Translations under genes and position numbers: made by a program | Notes under the pieces: model-generated | What the model saw: only the letters and a program-made list of their open reading frames with translations | Told to the model about the DNA's origin: nothing | Databases searched by the model: none | Shown: positions 1 to 12,289 of the stretch, in pieces | How positions within the stretch are numbered: the stretch's first letter is position 1 | Layout of the letters: the number at the start of each line of letters is the position of its first letter | Assembly: GCA_951406725.2 (NCBI GenBank) | Contig: OX597823.1 | Span: forward strand, 39,928,001-39,992,000 | Direction of reading: 5' to 3' | From: Octopus vulgaris | Lineage: Eukaryota | Length of the DNA stretch: 64,000 nucleotides

Positions 1-540
1 TATACATGGGCTCCCCAGACCCCAGTTGAACCGTCCAACCCATGCTAGCATGGAAAGCGGACGTTAAATGATGATGATGATGATGATGATGATACACACA
101 CACATATTTATAGGTATGTATGAATATATCTCTGAGTGTGTCTTTGTGTCTTTGTCAGCACCACCACTTGACAAGTGGTGTTGGTGTGTTTATGTCCCAG
201 TAACTTAGCAGTTTGGCAAAAGAGACCAATAGAATAAGGACTAGGCTTTAAAAAAATAAGCCCTGGGTTCGATTTGTTTGATTAAAACACATCAAGGCAG
301 TGCTCTAGCATAGCTGCCATCAAATGATTGAAACAAGTAAAAACTTAAATAATTACACAACTCTGAAGAATCATCTCCAATTCCTCATTGTATATAAAAC
401 ATCAAATGTAAAAATTTTAATTTTTTTATTTAAAATATCCTTTGTACCCTATTAATGTCACTGTGTGTGCAAAGTGTCATTTTACATAAAGTATGAACAG
501 GTGAAATGCATCAAAAAGATTTTTTTAAAAAATGACATAC

Positions 541-675
541 ATTGCCTCCGCACGCCTTCAGAATGGATGAATATGACTGGTGGATTTGAAGTGGGATTAA
601 TATCTGTCCAATTGACTGTCACTTCATAACACAGTAGGAGATTGTCTATAAATCCAACTTTTCCATTCAGGATTT
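541..675 (-). CDS. EGFR: EGFR/ErbB-family receptor, next exon (end of L1 domain into Cys-rich region)
   Basis: Acceptor ttataatccag| at 676 and donor T|gtatgt at 540; 135 nt, phase 1-1. Joins the upstream exon in frame (G|AA = Glu). Translation (E)ILNGKVGFIDNLLLCYEVTVNWTDINPTSNPPVIFIHSEGVRRQ(C) corresponds to EGFR EILxGxVxFxxNxxLCxxxxIxWxDI. Confidence 0.92.
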
Positions 676-994
676 CTGGATTATAAAACAGAAACGGAGA
701 AAGGTTAAAGTAAAAAAAGATTGGATAAATAAAAAACATCATGGTATATAAGCACAATAATTATTTGAACCAAAACAATATATTTTTCCTTCTATTTCTT
801 TGGGGTTTTTTTTTGGCAGGTGGTGGGGGTCAAATGTATGGTTTCTAGTTTTCAAAGTAAAATAACAAACAATATATTTTTCTTCATTTAAAATTCAATT
901 GCTGATGAAATGAGGATATTTATAATATCAAGTTATAATAAGTCCATTATGAAAACATTGGTATAATACTTATTTAAATAAATCCTTTTAATCT

Positions 995-1028
<34 letters not shown>

Positions 1029-1164
1029 TGTATGTATATATGATATAAATAATATATAAATATATGCATATATACATATACATATATTTATATATTATTT
1101 ATATTATTATAGGATCGAATGCCACGCATCCTTTTCCAAGTATATATATATATTTGGAAATGTG

Positions 1165-1375
1165 ACCGTGTGTGTACCGTTGGCAATTTTTTTCCCTCCG
1201 TCTTCCCTTCTCTGGATTTTTCCTTTTCCTATGTTTCTGACGAAGAGCTCCGCTCAAAACGCAAAACCATCCTTCTTCCCTTCCTTCCTTCCTGAGTGTC
1301 CAATAATACTATATTTGTTCCACGTCCTCGCGTTGTAGTGTGTTTTCTCTTAGTGTTTTCATGTTTGGATTAACT
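1165..1375 (+). mobile_element. Short (TA)n-embedded element (probable Penelope pLTR fragment) with a degenerate minimal hammerhead core
   Basis: gttt-CTGACGA-A-GAGC tcc GCTC-aAAAC-gc-aaaac at 1232-1268; homologous to the inverted copy at 47105-47300. Confidence 0.6.
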
Positions 1376-2133
1376 ATATATATATATATATTGTTTTCAT
1401 ATTTGGTTTGTATGATTCTTGATAAAAGAAACTCATGTATTGCAACAGGTTTTGTTGTACCTTGGGTGGGTCATTATGCCAATTATAAACACACACTAGT
1501 TCAATTTTACTTTTTTATTATTATTTGTCAATTGAAGGCAGTGAATTGGCAGAATCATTAGCATACTGGACAAAATGCTGCTATGCATTTTGTCGATCTT
1601 CAAATCCTGCCAAGGTCAACTTTGCCTTTCATCTTTTTGGGGTTGAAAGAATAAGTACCATTTGTGCACTGGGGTTGATGTAATCAACAAGCCACCTCCC
1701 ATCACCAAATTTTGAGCCTTGTGCTGTAGTATGAAGGATTACTATTTGTCAGTTCACAATGTAACCAACTAACTAAAAGACAGTTTGCTTAATCATCCAA
1801 TTAACCAATCAATCAGACATATTTGACACAGTCCTATTATCATCTTTCACAACTCTCTGCTCTAGGTCAGTTTCGAAGTTAATTAGTTGGTTAAATAATG
1901 AATGACCATGGGATTGCACCAAGAAAGTTCCCAGTTGTTTATGGAAGGCCAGCTGTCGCCCACTCATACCAGCCTCCCCTCTCTACGCTACTGATGTCAT
2001 CCAAGGGATAGCTAAACAACTGACAAATAATAAAGAAGTGAAACTGAACTGGTGCACATGTTTATTAGTGACAGAATGACACTTCCAAGATACACCAATA
2101 TACCTATATAAATTTAGCAGTACTAATACTGAA

Positions 2134-2690
2134 AGGTAAAATATTCACGACTTAAAAGTGGATGGTGTGTTAGAACACACAAATACTGTAATATTTACCT
2201 ATTTCTTTATTACCCACAAGGGGCTAAACACAGAGGGGACAAACAAGGACAGACATAGGTATTAAGTCGATTACATCGACCCCAGTGCGTAACTGGTACT
2301 TAATTTATCGATCCCGAAAGGATGAATGGCAAGGATGACCTTGGCAGAATTTGAACTCACAACGTAACAGCAGATGAAATACCGTTAAGCATTTCGCCCG
2401 GTGTGCTAATGTTTCTGCCAGCTCGCCACCTTATACCGAAATACTTACCAAGAGAGAAAACCTCTCATATGTTTATTTGGTGCATAAAAGCATATCATAG
2501 TTATTGTCAGTGGCAGACAATCACTGCCACTTTTGCTGTTTGGAAGTAGTGGTGATTATCTGCTGTTGGTTATAACTATAATGTGCTTATATGCACCAAA
2601 TAACCATATGAGAGTTTTCTCTCTTAGTAAATATTGCGGTATATGTGTGTTCTAATGCAACTTCTACTTTTAAGTGGTGAATATTCTACC
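2134..2690. mobile_element. Fold-back palindromic element (MITE-like) with a SINE in its left arm
   Basis: 2440-2535 is the reverse complement of ~2550-2635, and 2134-2197 of ~2625-2690. Confidence 0.7.
2197..2431 (-). mobile_element. tRNA-headed SINE family B (full length)
   Basis: AAGGTGGCGAGCTGGCAGAAAC...GAGTTCAAATTC...GCCATTCATCCTTTCGGGATCGATAAATTAAGTACCAG; diverged TSD atactgtaatatttacc / ataccgaaatacttacc. Confidence 0.85.
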
Positions 2691-4539
2691 AGACACCAGT
2701 CTGATTTGGCATGGTTTCTATAGCTGGATGCCCTTCCTCATGCTAAGCACTCTGAGAGTGTAACGGGTGCTTTTATGTGCCCTCGGCATGAGTGCCAGTT
2801 GCATGACACTAGTGTCCACCACAACTATGATTTCATTTGGCTTGATGGGTCTTCCTCTCAAGCACAGCATATTGCTAAAGGTCTTGGTTATTTGTCAATG
2901 CCTCCATGAGGCCCAATGCTCAAAAGGTGCTTTTTACATGTCACTGACACAGGTGCCATTTACGTAACACTTGCATTAGCCTCATTGCCTCCATGAGGTC
3001 CAATGCTTAAAAGGTGCTTTTTACATGTCACTGACACAGGTGCCATTTACGTAACACTTGCATTGGCCTCATTGCCTCCATGTTGTGCCTCATGGAGGCA
3101 ATGACTAGTGACTGACACCTTTGGCGATATGCCATGCTTGAGAAGACCCATCAAGCTAAGAGAATTCGTAATCATGGCTGCTGCCAGCGTCATGTACCTA
3201 GCACTCATACCAGCAACATGTAAAAAGCACCTGCTGAATGTTGGGCCTCATAGAGGCAATGTGGCCGATGCTGGTGTTGCATAACTGGCATTTGTTTTGG
3301 TGGAACATAAAAAGCACATGTTGAGTGTTGGGCTGCATTGAGGTATCTAGCACCCATGCTGGTAGCACAAAAAATTTACCTTTTGAGTATAGGGCCTCAT
3401 GGAGGATCTAGCACATACAAACCACCTGTCAAGCATTGGGCCTCATGGAGTCAATGAGGCCGATGCAAGTGTCACGTAAATGGCACCTGTGTCAGTGACA
3501 TGTAAAAAGCATTCCAACTTCATAAATCCAATACCGGCAATGACTTGCCAACTAAAACGTTTATGAGATATGTACTTAATATCGTATCTCCACTAGCAGG
3601 CCTGGTCATTTCCATAAAACACTTGACAATCCTCATCCTCTCAATCAAGCCTCTCAATCTTCGATTACGATACCGATTACGACTTCTTGCTGCAGTGAAA
3701 ACTCATTATTTTGCCACGTTTCATGGTACTAAGTATCTCAAGCAATTCATCTAGCACACCAACCTCCGTTTGACCCCTTGGCTATCATCGATCCCCTGCA
3801 ATTCCTCGTCGACTCCCAGGGGGTCCCTGCCTTAAGGCAACGATATTGTTTATTTACGTACTTATGGAAAGGTGTTTAAGGGATACAAATGTAAGGGACA
3901 CAATCAATTTATGAATATTACTTTGCAAAGAGTTACCTCCCCTGCCTACAATAGCCATCAACCCCAGGAATGGAGCTTTTTCTTACCCCCAGAAGCCCCA
4001 TTTCTCCACATGTAAAAACTCTGAAGTGTTGTACCTTCTCTAGAACATAAGTGCATAAGTGATATATGTGACAAGCGTGAACAAAATCGAATGAAAAATA
4101 TTGATTTTTAATGGGGTTCCAGTAAATGGCCTGGCACTTTGTAAAAATTAATATGTAAATTAAAAGTAGATTAATACATTAAAAAGGATGTGGAATGAAT
4201 AACTTTTGTTAATCTTTGGGTAAGCAATATACATGTTCACATTAACCCAATTTTAGAAGTAACATTTTATTTTGAAAATCACTTAAATAGCAACACCGTT
4301 TCCATGACCACTATTTCATGTCCACATGGCTTGGACACAATTTTGTGGAGGTAAATTTTCTATGGCCAGGTGCTCTTCCTGTTACCAACCCTCACCTGTT
4401 TTTCAAGTCACAAAACATCTCCCCATGAGCAGACATATTTTCAAAGAAGACAGTTACAACTATCATATAATTAGGTGTGACAATGTGGTAAGAGGCTTAT
4501 GAGTGGATTTGGTAGACGGAAACAAGCAAAAGAGTAAAA

Positions 4540-4593
<54 letters not shown>

Positions 4594-4882
4594 AATATAA
4601 TTAATAATAATGATAATAATGATAATCATCATCATCATCATCGTTTAGCGTCCGCTTTCCATGCTAGCATGGGTTGGACAGTTGAACTGGGGTCCGGGAA
4701 GCCAGAAGGCTGCACCAGGCCCAGTCTGATCTGGCAATGTTTCTACGGCTGGATGCCCTTCCTAATGCCAACCACTCTGTGAGTGTAGTGGGTGCTTTTT
4801 ATGTGCCACTGACACAGGTGCCAGATGAGGCTGGCAAACGGCCACGATCGGATGGTGTATTTTACGTGCCACCGGCACGGAG

Positions 4883-4913
<31 letters not shown>

Positions 4914-5222
4914 CAATTAAATTAAATTAAATGTTTTTTATAATATTTCCATAGTTCTCTAATATGTGGGACAGGAAAATGTACCATGTATTTGAGAGCG
5001 ATGGAAATATTCTAAAAAAAAAACATTTCATTTCATTTACCACAATTTAATTGTTTTTCACACTTTACTTTAAGTTGAAAAACTCGCAGACTGAAACTGG
5101 TACTAAAATGTTCTTCATGACAAAATCACTTTAGCATTTTCTACCTTGTCTTATTTTCCTTATACATATCAACTCGTGTGCTACTTTTCAACCTTCTACA
5201 TATATATATATTTATATATATA

Positions 5223-5320
5223 GTGTAGCTGCTAGAATAAGAATAGCTTGGGCAAAGTTCAGAGAGCTCTTACCTCTGCTGGTGACAAAGGGCCTCTCGC
5301 TTAGAGTAAAAGGTAGACTG
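5223..5320 (+). mobile_element. RTE LINE ORF2 fragment
   Basis: [32 protein letters not shown]. Confidence 0.72.
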
Positions 5321-5404
5321 AAGGTCTGAGAGTTTCATGTATTGGCATGTTTGATAAGTGCCAATGCATGAAACTCTCAAACCTTGAGTCACTCTGTTAC
5401 TTCT

Positions 5405-5454
5405 GCTGTGTGTGTGTGTATATATATATGTGTGTGTATATATGTATGTATGTG

Positions 5455-5511
<57 letters not shown>

Positions 5512-5614
5512 TATAATGTATACATATATATGTATGTATATATATGTATATATATATATATGTATATATATATAATGTATACATATATATAATGTATATA
5601 TATATATATGTATG

Positions 5615-5646
<32 letters not shown>

Positions 5647-5662
5647 TATATAAATATATATA
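5405..5662. repeat. Long (TA)n/(TG)n microsatellite, representative of many in the window
   Basis: Directly visible. Others include (CA)n 15610-15830, (AGAT)n/(AG)n 26778-26885, (GTA)n/(GCA)n 27411-27545, (TA)n 49390-49520 and (AAT)n 52757-53003, 53733-53838, 55428-55590. Confidence 0.95.
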
Positions 5663-6139
5663 CACCAATGGAAAGAGGAAGACAAAGAAAATTCTTTAGC
5701 ACATTTTTAATTTTAAGTTACAAATGGTTCCATACCATCTCCATCTGCAACATGAGTTTACGTGAAAATTCTGAAAGGAAAATCACGTAATATTTTCAGT
5801 TTTAGGCATTGGATAGGCATTTCCTCAGACTTGCATCAAAGTTGTGCTTCTACATTGTGCGTCTTTCAGACCTAGTTTTTAGAAAAAATATCAGCAGATC
5901 AAACTGGACCTCAGTAGATCCAACTGCACATATAAAGCAGTAAATGACAGCTTGTATATATTGGAGTGAAAAAACTAATTTGATAGAAAAAGTCGAAAGC
6001 TATAATAGAAGACACTTCTATTTTTACACGTTTTGCCCAAGGGACTGGACTCAGAACTATGTGGTTGGGAAGGTAAGTTCCAACCATACAGCTATCCCTG
6101 TAATAATTGTAATATTTTGTCGTGCCTTACAAAACCTTT

Positions 6140-6300
6140 ACATGGAAGACAAGGCATATCTTGGGATTCTTTTCCTAATGGGAATTGTACATCTTCCAAG
6201 TTACAGGAGCACAAATTCAGCTCTGAGACAGGAAATTGATGCCTAGGAATTGACATCTCATAAATCTATATGAAAACACCTACATGTAATCAACTACAGT
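6140..6300 (+). mobile_element. piggyBac transposase fragment
   Basis: EDKAYLGILFLMGIVHLPSYR..STNSALRQEI resembles ExKAFLGILxLMGIxxLPSYxxYWST. Confidence 0.68.
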
Positions 6301-7034
6301 GTATTCAACCTACCTTCGCAAGTAAAACTGACATGACAACAGGTAAAATCAATAACAACAAGCAAAGAACATCAATGACAGAATCAAAAATTTTCACTGA
6401 ATTCGTGCAGTAGTTGTATTTCATGATACTTATACAAGACTAACTGCATTTAATCAAAATCTTAATTTTCTAGCATAACTGAAAGATTTGTAAAGAGAAA
6501 GCATGACAAGAATTTAAAGGTTAAAATATATGTTATCTCTTTCAGGGTTCACAGTCACTAGTTATTGTTGAGGCCACCTAAATATAAAGTCTTTAAACTG
6601 TGAGGTTTGACATTGGTTGATATGAGTGATGAAGAGTAAAGAGTATACATGTAGCTTCTGGCAAAATGGGCTTATAATCCAATTTCAGATCATGTGACTT
6701 TCTACTTCATTTACGTTGTAAATCCTATTAGGAAAGATATGGATGAGATCAGGGTCAGCACTATGTACTATGCAAACTGGGCCATCAGGTGGTGCAGCAA
6801 ATAACTTACACAATGAAGGTTGGTGACTGGGAGAGCATTCATCCAAAGAAAATACGCCTCAATGATGGCGTCTCTGACTGATTCATGCAAGCATGGAAAA
6901 GTAGATGTTAAAATGATGATGATGGTGATGATTATGAGGAGGAGGATTTATTTGATAAAAATTGAAAATAACAACATGTTACTTAAACTAAAAACTAACT
7001 TGTTATATTTGAAGCAAAATAAATTATGGCTTAC

Positions 7035-7394
7035 CTCCAAGAGATTTGAAACGTAATTCTTTAAGACCAGTTTTTTTATATGTCGCATCATAATTCTTAG
7101 CTACGTATAAACTGTAATTCTCGTCTTCCACTTCAAGAAGCTCTCGTCCACGTATAATTTGAAGATTAGTTAGGGGTATGTAATCTGCATAAACATGAAT
7201 AATAAGAACATAACCAGTAATTTCTTTTATGGTCTCTAGAAATGAGAAGTCATATTTAATTGATAAATCAGTCAAGAAGACAATTTCCAGGTTGCCTTCG
7301 ATATATGTACAGTTCGTGTATTTTCTCCGCAGTGTTTCATAACGGGCCTGGGGTGAACCAGAATGAGAGAACTTTTGTCTTGTACCACGGCAAA
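7035..7394 (-). CDS. EGFR: EGFR/ErbB-family receptor tyrosine kinase, internal exon encoding the start of receptor L domain 1
   Basis: Acceptor ttttttattgcag| at 7395 and donor G|gtaagc at 7034; 360 nt, phase 1-1, no stop. Translation xCRGTRQKFSHSGSPQARYETLRRKYTNCTYIEGNLEIVFLTDLSIKYDFSFLETIKEITGYVLIIHVYADYIPLTNLQIIRGRELLEVEDENYSLYVAKNYDATYKKTGLKELRFKSLG(E) matches EGFR hallmarks VCxGT, NCxxxxGNLEI, YDxSFLxTIxExxGYVLI, IPLxNLQIIRG and KTGLKEL. Confidence 0.95.
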
Positions 7395-7400
7395 CTGCAA

Positions 7401-7640
<240 letters not shown>

Positions 7641-7642
7641 AA

Positions 7643-8120
7643 ACTGACATTCAAGAGCAAGTTATGAAAATGCCACACTGGAAATCTCCTGGACCAGATG
7701 GGAGACGAGGATTTTGGTTGTAAAGATATACAAGTGTTCATTCAAGACTAGAGGAGTACCTAAATTATTATATAGTACAAGAAGAAGTTCCAAGCTGGAT
7801 AATAAATGATAAAACGAAGGGACAGTTTAGTTGGAATTTATAGGCTGATTGTGTGCTTGAATTTTGTATGGAAGATGTAGAAAGGCATCTCTGCTGCAAA
7901 AGTGTGAGAATGATTACTTGCTTCAGAATGGAACCAAGGATCATCTTGTTACTGACAATGAACCAAGAATCATCTTGTTATTGACAAAGCAATCAAGAAT
8001 GACTGAAAAAGACAACTAAAGAATTTATGCATGGCTTGAATAGACTTTAAGAAAGTCTCTGACATGGTCCCATGTTTGTGGGTAATTGAAACGTCTGAGA
8101 ATGTTTGGAATAGCAGAACC
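7643..8120 (+). mobile_element. Decayed Dong/R4-clade non-LTR retrotransposon reverse transcriptase fragment
   Basis: Reads, with stops and frameshifts: MPHWKSPGPDGRRGFWL*RYTSVHSRLEEYLN...VPSW...YRLIVCLNFVWK...GTKDHLVTD...KNLCMA*IDFKKVSDMVP...MFGIAE. This matches R4/Dong motifs WKxPGPDG..FWLK, NYRPITCL, GTKDQLLIDK and MAWIDYKKAYDMVPH. Confidence 0.85.
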
Positions 8121-9402
8121 TGCTCCTTGTGTGGACCCGAAGTATATTATGGACTTTACATTTAGTGCATTGCATGTTTCCTAGATTAGCCTTAGGGCTC
8201 ATGATATACTCAGTCAGGTACAGTTAATTGCATACATAACCTGAATATCTTCCTGCTTGTAGTTCAGTACCCGCATATGTATTCCTCTACTTTTGTTGAG
8301 TACACATTTTATTTTTCAACCCGACCTGGTGCCTTACCATTTAAGTGCCTGATTCACTCAAAACCTGATGTATTATATATATATAGGTAAAGATGCCCTT
8401 CGGTCATGAATGACCATGGGATTGAACCTAGAAAGTTAGCCTCTGAGGCACAAGTCCTGGCAAGGTTGTTTGTGGAAGAACATCAGTCACCCATGCATAC
8501 CGACCTTCCCTCTCTGTGCCACCAATGTTATCCAAAAGAAAAGCAAAGACCAATACAGCTTGGCACCAGTGATATCACATCTCATTTCTACAGATGAGTG
8601 AATTGGAGCAATGTGAAATAAATTGTTTTACTTAAGAACACAACACACAGCCCAGTCCAGGAATCAAAATCACTACCTCATGTTTGTGAGCCTGATGCTC
8701 TGCTCTAATGCCTGAGCCATATATATATAGTTATATAAAGGAGAACTAAGATCAATTTTCTTTTTCAAGAATACTCATTCACTCCAAATATAATTTTCTG
8801 CCAACATAAAATGAAGCAGCTGCTATCACTGAAAATCTAAGAAAACGGTGGTGTAAACACTAATTAATTTGATAGCAGTTCATCATCATTAATGATCAAT
8901 ATTATGTTTATCATTATCTTTGAGAGATCAAGAAAAGCGATAAGCTCTATCACTGGAGATTTCAACATTACTTCCAGAGATGACATGACATTCAGTGCTG
9001 GCCTAGGAAACTAAACAGCCTGACTCACTTCAAGCAGTTACAAATTATCACAGAGTAATTTTATATCTTGCACTATTTGAAATACATCAATCACTATATT
9101 AGCCAGGTCTATACAAATAATGTTCTTCATCCTCCTCCACCACCCTCACTACCAAAATCATCTTTTAATATGTATCTCTCATGCAGATGGTTTGACATGA
9201 TTTGACAGTTTGGAGAACTCTGGCATGATTTCTGTGGCTTGATACCCTTCTTTATGTCAACTTCATTACAGAGGAGTGTACTTGATGCATTTTTTGTCGA
9301 ATTGACACTAGTGAGGTCACCATGTAGCTCACAAGACCAAGACCGTCTTTGACTGAGTGGGAATCCAGCAGAGAGGGAAACAGTAGAGATGGAAAGTTGC
9401 AG

Positions 9403-9648
9403 CAGTTGTTCTCAACCACTTTCTGTTTATAGACCCCCTTGGATACCTATTTTACTCGGGCAAATCCTCACAGCCATTCAATGTTTAAAAAATAATATCA
9501 TATTTTTGTAATTAAATATTATTAGGAATTGCATAAAAATTTTTTTTTATATTTTGTGTACTGTAGGAGTATAACCAATTGAATTTTAATAACAAAATCT
9601 TACGTGAACCCTGCCAAGGGCCATATGAACCCTGGTTGAGAACCATTG
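9403..9648. mobile_element. hAT/Charlie-type MITE
   Basis: TIRs CAGTTGTTCTCAACCA and TGGTTGAGAACCATTG; related partial copies at ~55993-56543 (split by a SINE) and ~51745-51855. Confidence 0.72.
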
Positions 9649-11413
9649 GGTTAGAGTATGAAGGAAGGGGCTGGAACAGGCTTCTTGCTGTAGGAGAGAT
9701 GTACAGGTGGTCACATTATACAAGAATGGGTGGGAATAATCAATGTGGACTTGGAAAGAGAGATTAAGATAGTAATGATGGGGTGTCAGAGTGGGCCTTA
9801 GGGGCAGAAGAACAGGAAAGATGGAAGAGTAGGTATTGCAAATATGTGTGGAGAAAGTGAGGAATAGTTATGGATTGGAGTAGGGGTGTGAATCTACTGA
9901 ATGATGAACAAGGGTAGCTAAATCCTCTCTTTGCAGGACTATATAGTAGAAGAAACCCAAGGTTCTGTGCTGAAGGAGTGAGCACCAAATCACAAGGCTG
10001 TAAAGAGAATGTCATTCTTATAATTATCATACAGTTTCAGAATTCACTTGCAGAAAGGATTTCTTACACAAATGCACATCTTCTTTAGTTACATTTGTGC
10101 ATGTAGTCTGCAGCAGCTGTCAACATTGCATTTTAATTATAGATAACCCAAGTACTGCTGTCTATTGGCACCTCTCATTCAGACAGCTTCCATTAAGTTT
10201 GGTAAAATCTTTCTGCAAACTTTCCACCTTCTAAATATGAAACTAGTTCCTGCCATTCTGTTTCATTGAAGCATGAAATCTGTAAAGCAACTTGCTCACA
10301 TTCAGTAACTTGTCTTACTATCAAGTCATGTCTTTTTTTTATTTTTTACCTCCAAGTCTATAAGATGCCAATTTTTAAAGATCTATGCTATTATTTTTGG
10401 TGTCTTGACATTGGAAATGCTTTCTTCATTGGAACTTTTCCAGTTCCCACGAAAGTGGAATATATACTTCAATGACTTAATCATTTACTTATTATTTAGA
10501 ACTATGTTTCGTCTCTTCCAAGATAAATGTCAGCTGTTTCTGTCTGTGAGATAAATCCCAGCTTTAAAACCTGCAAACCTAAACTTAGTCATTATTTTTT
10601 GTTTTCTATCCCTCCATCACTGCTACTGTGCATCACTTTTTGGACTTGTAGAATGCAAGGACAAAAACTGCATTGGCTGAGGACACATGTATATGGAGGA
10701 CAACAGATGTGCAAAGAAGAGACAAGAATGTGTGGAAGATGAAGACGAAGGAAGGCATAGACAGAAGTGGCAAAAGCTGATTTCAAGGTTCAGAATGCTA
10801 AGCCTTTTGGACGAAATGATAAAGGACTCAAGAAGACCCATACCCCATCCAGAGCAGAAGTTTTAGGACTGCTTCCCCTGATGAATAGGACTGGCCTGCA
10901 AGAGTTCTGTGGTAGTACCATGTAAAAAAAACACTTGTTCCGGTGCCACATAAAAGTGCTTGTGCTGGTGCAACATTAAAAGCACCCAATACACATTGTA
11001 AAGTTGAGACTGTAGAAACCAAACCAAATCAGACTGGAACCTGGGGCAGCTTCCCAGCTCTGGTCAAATCATCCAACCCATGCCAGCAGGGAAAATCGAC
11101 ATTAAAGGATGATGGTGATGATGATGACTGACAAAAGAATGCAACAACATTGTTATTATATCTGAACTTGTGTCAGTTTTCTGAGTTCAAAACCTAGCAT
11201 GGTTTTCTTTGTTGTTCCTTTTAGTGGGGAAGATTAACCATGTTCTATTACAACAAAGTAAGTAACACTAACCCTCTGGCATTCAGAGTACTCTGTCAAA
11301 TGTAATGTTTATTTATTCACATTGTTTTGAATTAATCATCCATTACCTTATAGCTATGAAATTTTGATGATGTGATTGTGTATTTTTATTAAATAAATTT
11401 CACTGTAAATAGA

Positions 11414-11556
11414 TATATTCGCAAGGGCTTGGTAGGTATCAACGCTAGCGAGGACACGCTACCCTGAACTGTTGATGGGTAATACCCAGAAACATACATG
11501 TATTCAGGCTGCTGTTCCTAGCTGGTGGCTGTGCTTGCCTCCCCTTTGCGAATATA
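11414..11556 (+). ncRNA. Type I hammerhead-ribozyme-like fold (core 11463-11508) on an extended stem I
   Basis: CCTGAA-[CTGTTGA]-TGGGT aat ACCCA-[GAA]-ACAT ac ATGT-[A]-TTCAGG: all three stems pair and the cleavage triplet is GUA. The core has U in place of canonical A6. Confidence 0.7.
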
Positions 11557-11924
11557 AGAACCCAGAAAATGTGTCAAAGCCGACAGGAAGCATCGATGCT
11601 TCCTAGGGCTATATAGCGGTGGTATAATTCCCTCTACGGGACTGTCACGTTATGTTGACTTTATACAACAACTCTATCGCTCCACCACCGCTCATGTCTC
11701 GTTGAGACATTTAGAAATTCATTATTTCTAATTATATATATATATATATGACAAAACATTGATGTATGTTGCTCTGAAAAAAAGGGATTTGATGTGAGTT
11801 GTCACTATCACTTGCTTTCAGGTGTTTTTATGCAAAGGGCATTGAGAATATATTCTCTTACACCTAAAAAACATAGCTACCTGATGAACTAACAACACAC
11901 ACCTCGTGAGTATCTATTCAACTT

Positions 11925-11966
<42 letters not shown>

Positions 11967-12289
11967 TATGTACATGTTTGTCTCACCCTACTGCTTAATA
12001 ACCAGTGTTTATGTCGTTATGACTTAGCAGTTTGGCAAAAATGATCAAGAGGATAAGTACTACACTTAAAAAAGTAAGTACTGGGGTCAAATTGTTCAAC
12101 TAAGATCTTTAAGGTGGTGCCCCAGCATTACACTGTCTCATGAGTGAAATAAGTAAGAAATAAAAGATAAAAATAATAATAGGAAACAAAAAAAAAAGCA
12201 GATCAAAAGGCAATACAGAAAAAGGTCATGTTAATAATGACAATTAGATAGAAACATTTATAATGTTACAAAAATGGCTAGCTGCCCAG

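Noticed and set aside
5270-5702. ORFs of YI/HT/CV/poly-L/N/S type here and at ~7337-7741, 15440-15886, 24147-24433, 27342-27651, 49387-51250, 52668-55633 and 59570-59839
   Set aside because: Translations of di- and trinucleotide microsatellites.
7035-7394. Insulin-receptor family identity for the L domain
   Set aside because: The motifs VCxGT, GNLEI, IPLxNLQIIRG, GLKEL and EILxG are EGFR-type, as are the exon boundaries.
10630-10860. Possible RTE ORF2 3' remnant (also ~50470-50620)
   Set aside because: Too decayed to support by motif reading alone.
11878-11925. CTGATGA as another hammerhead core
   Set aside because: No downstream stem II or GAAA.
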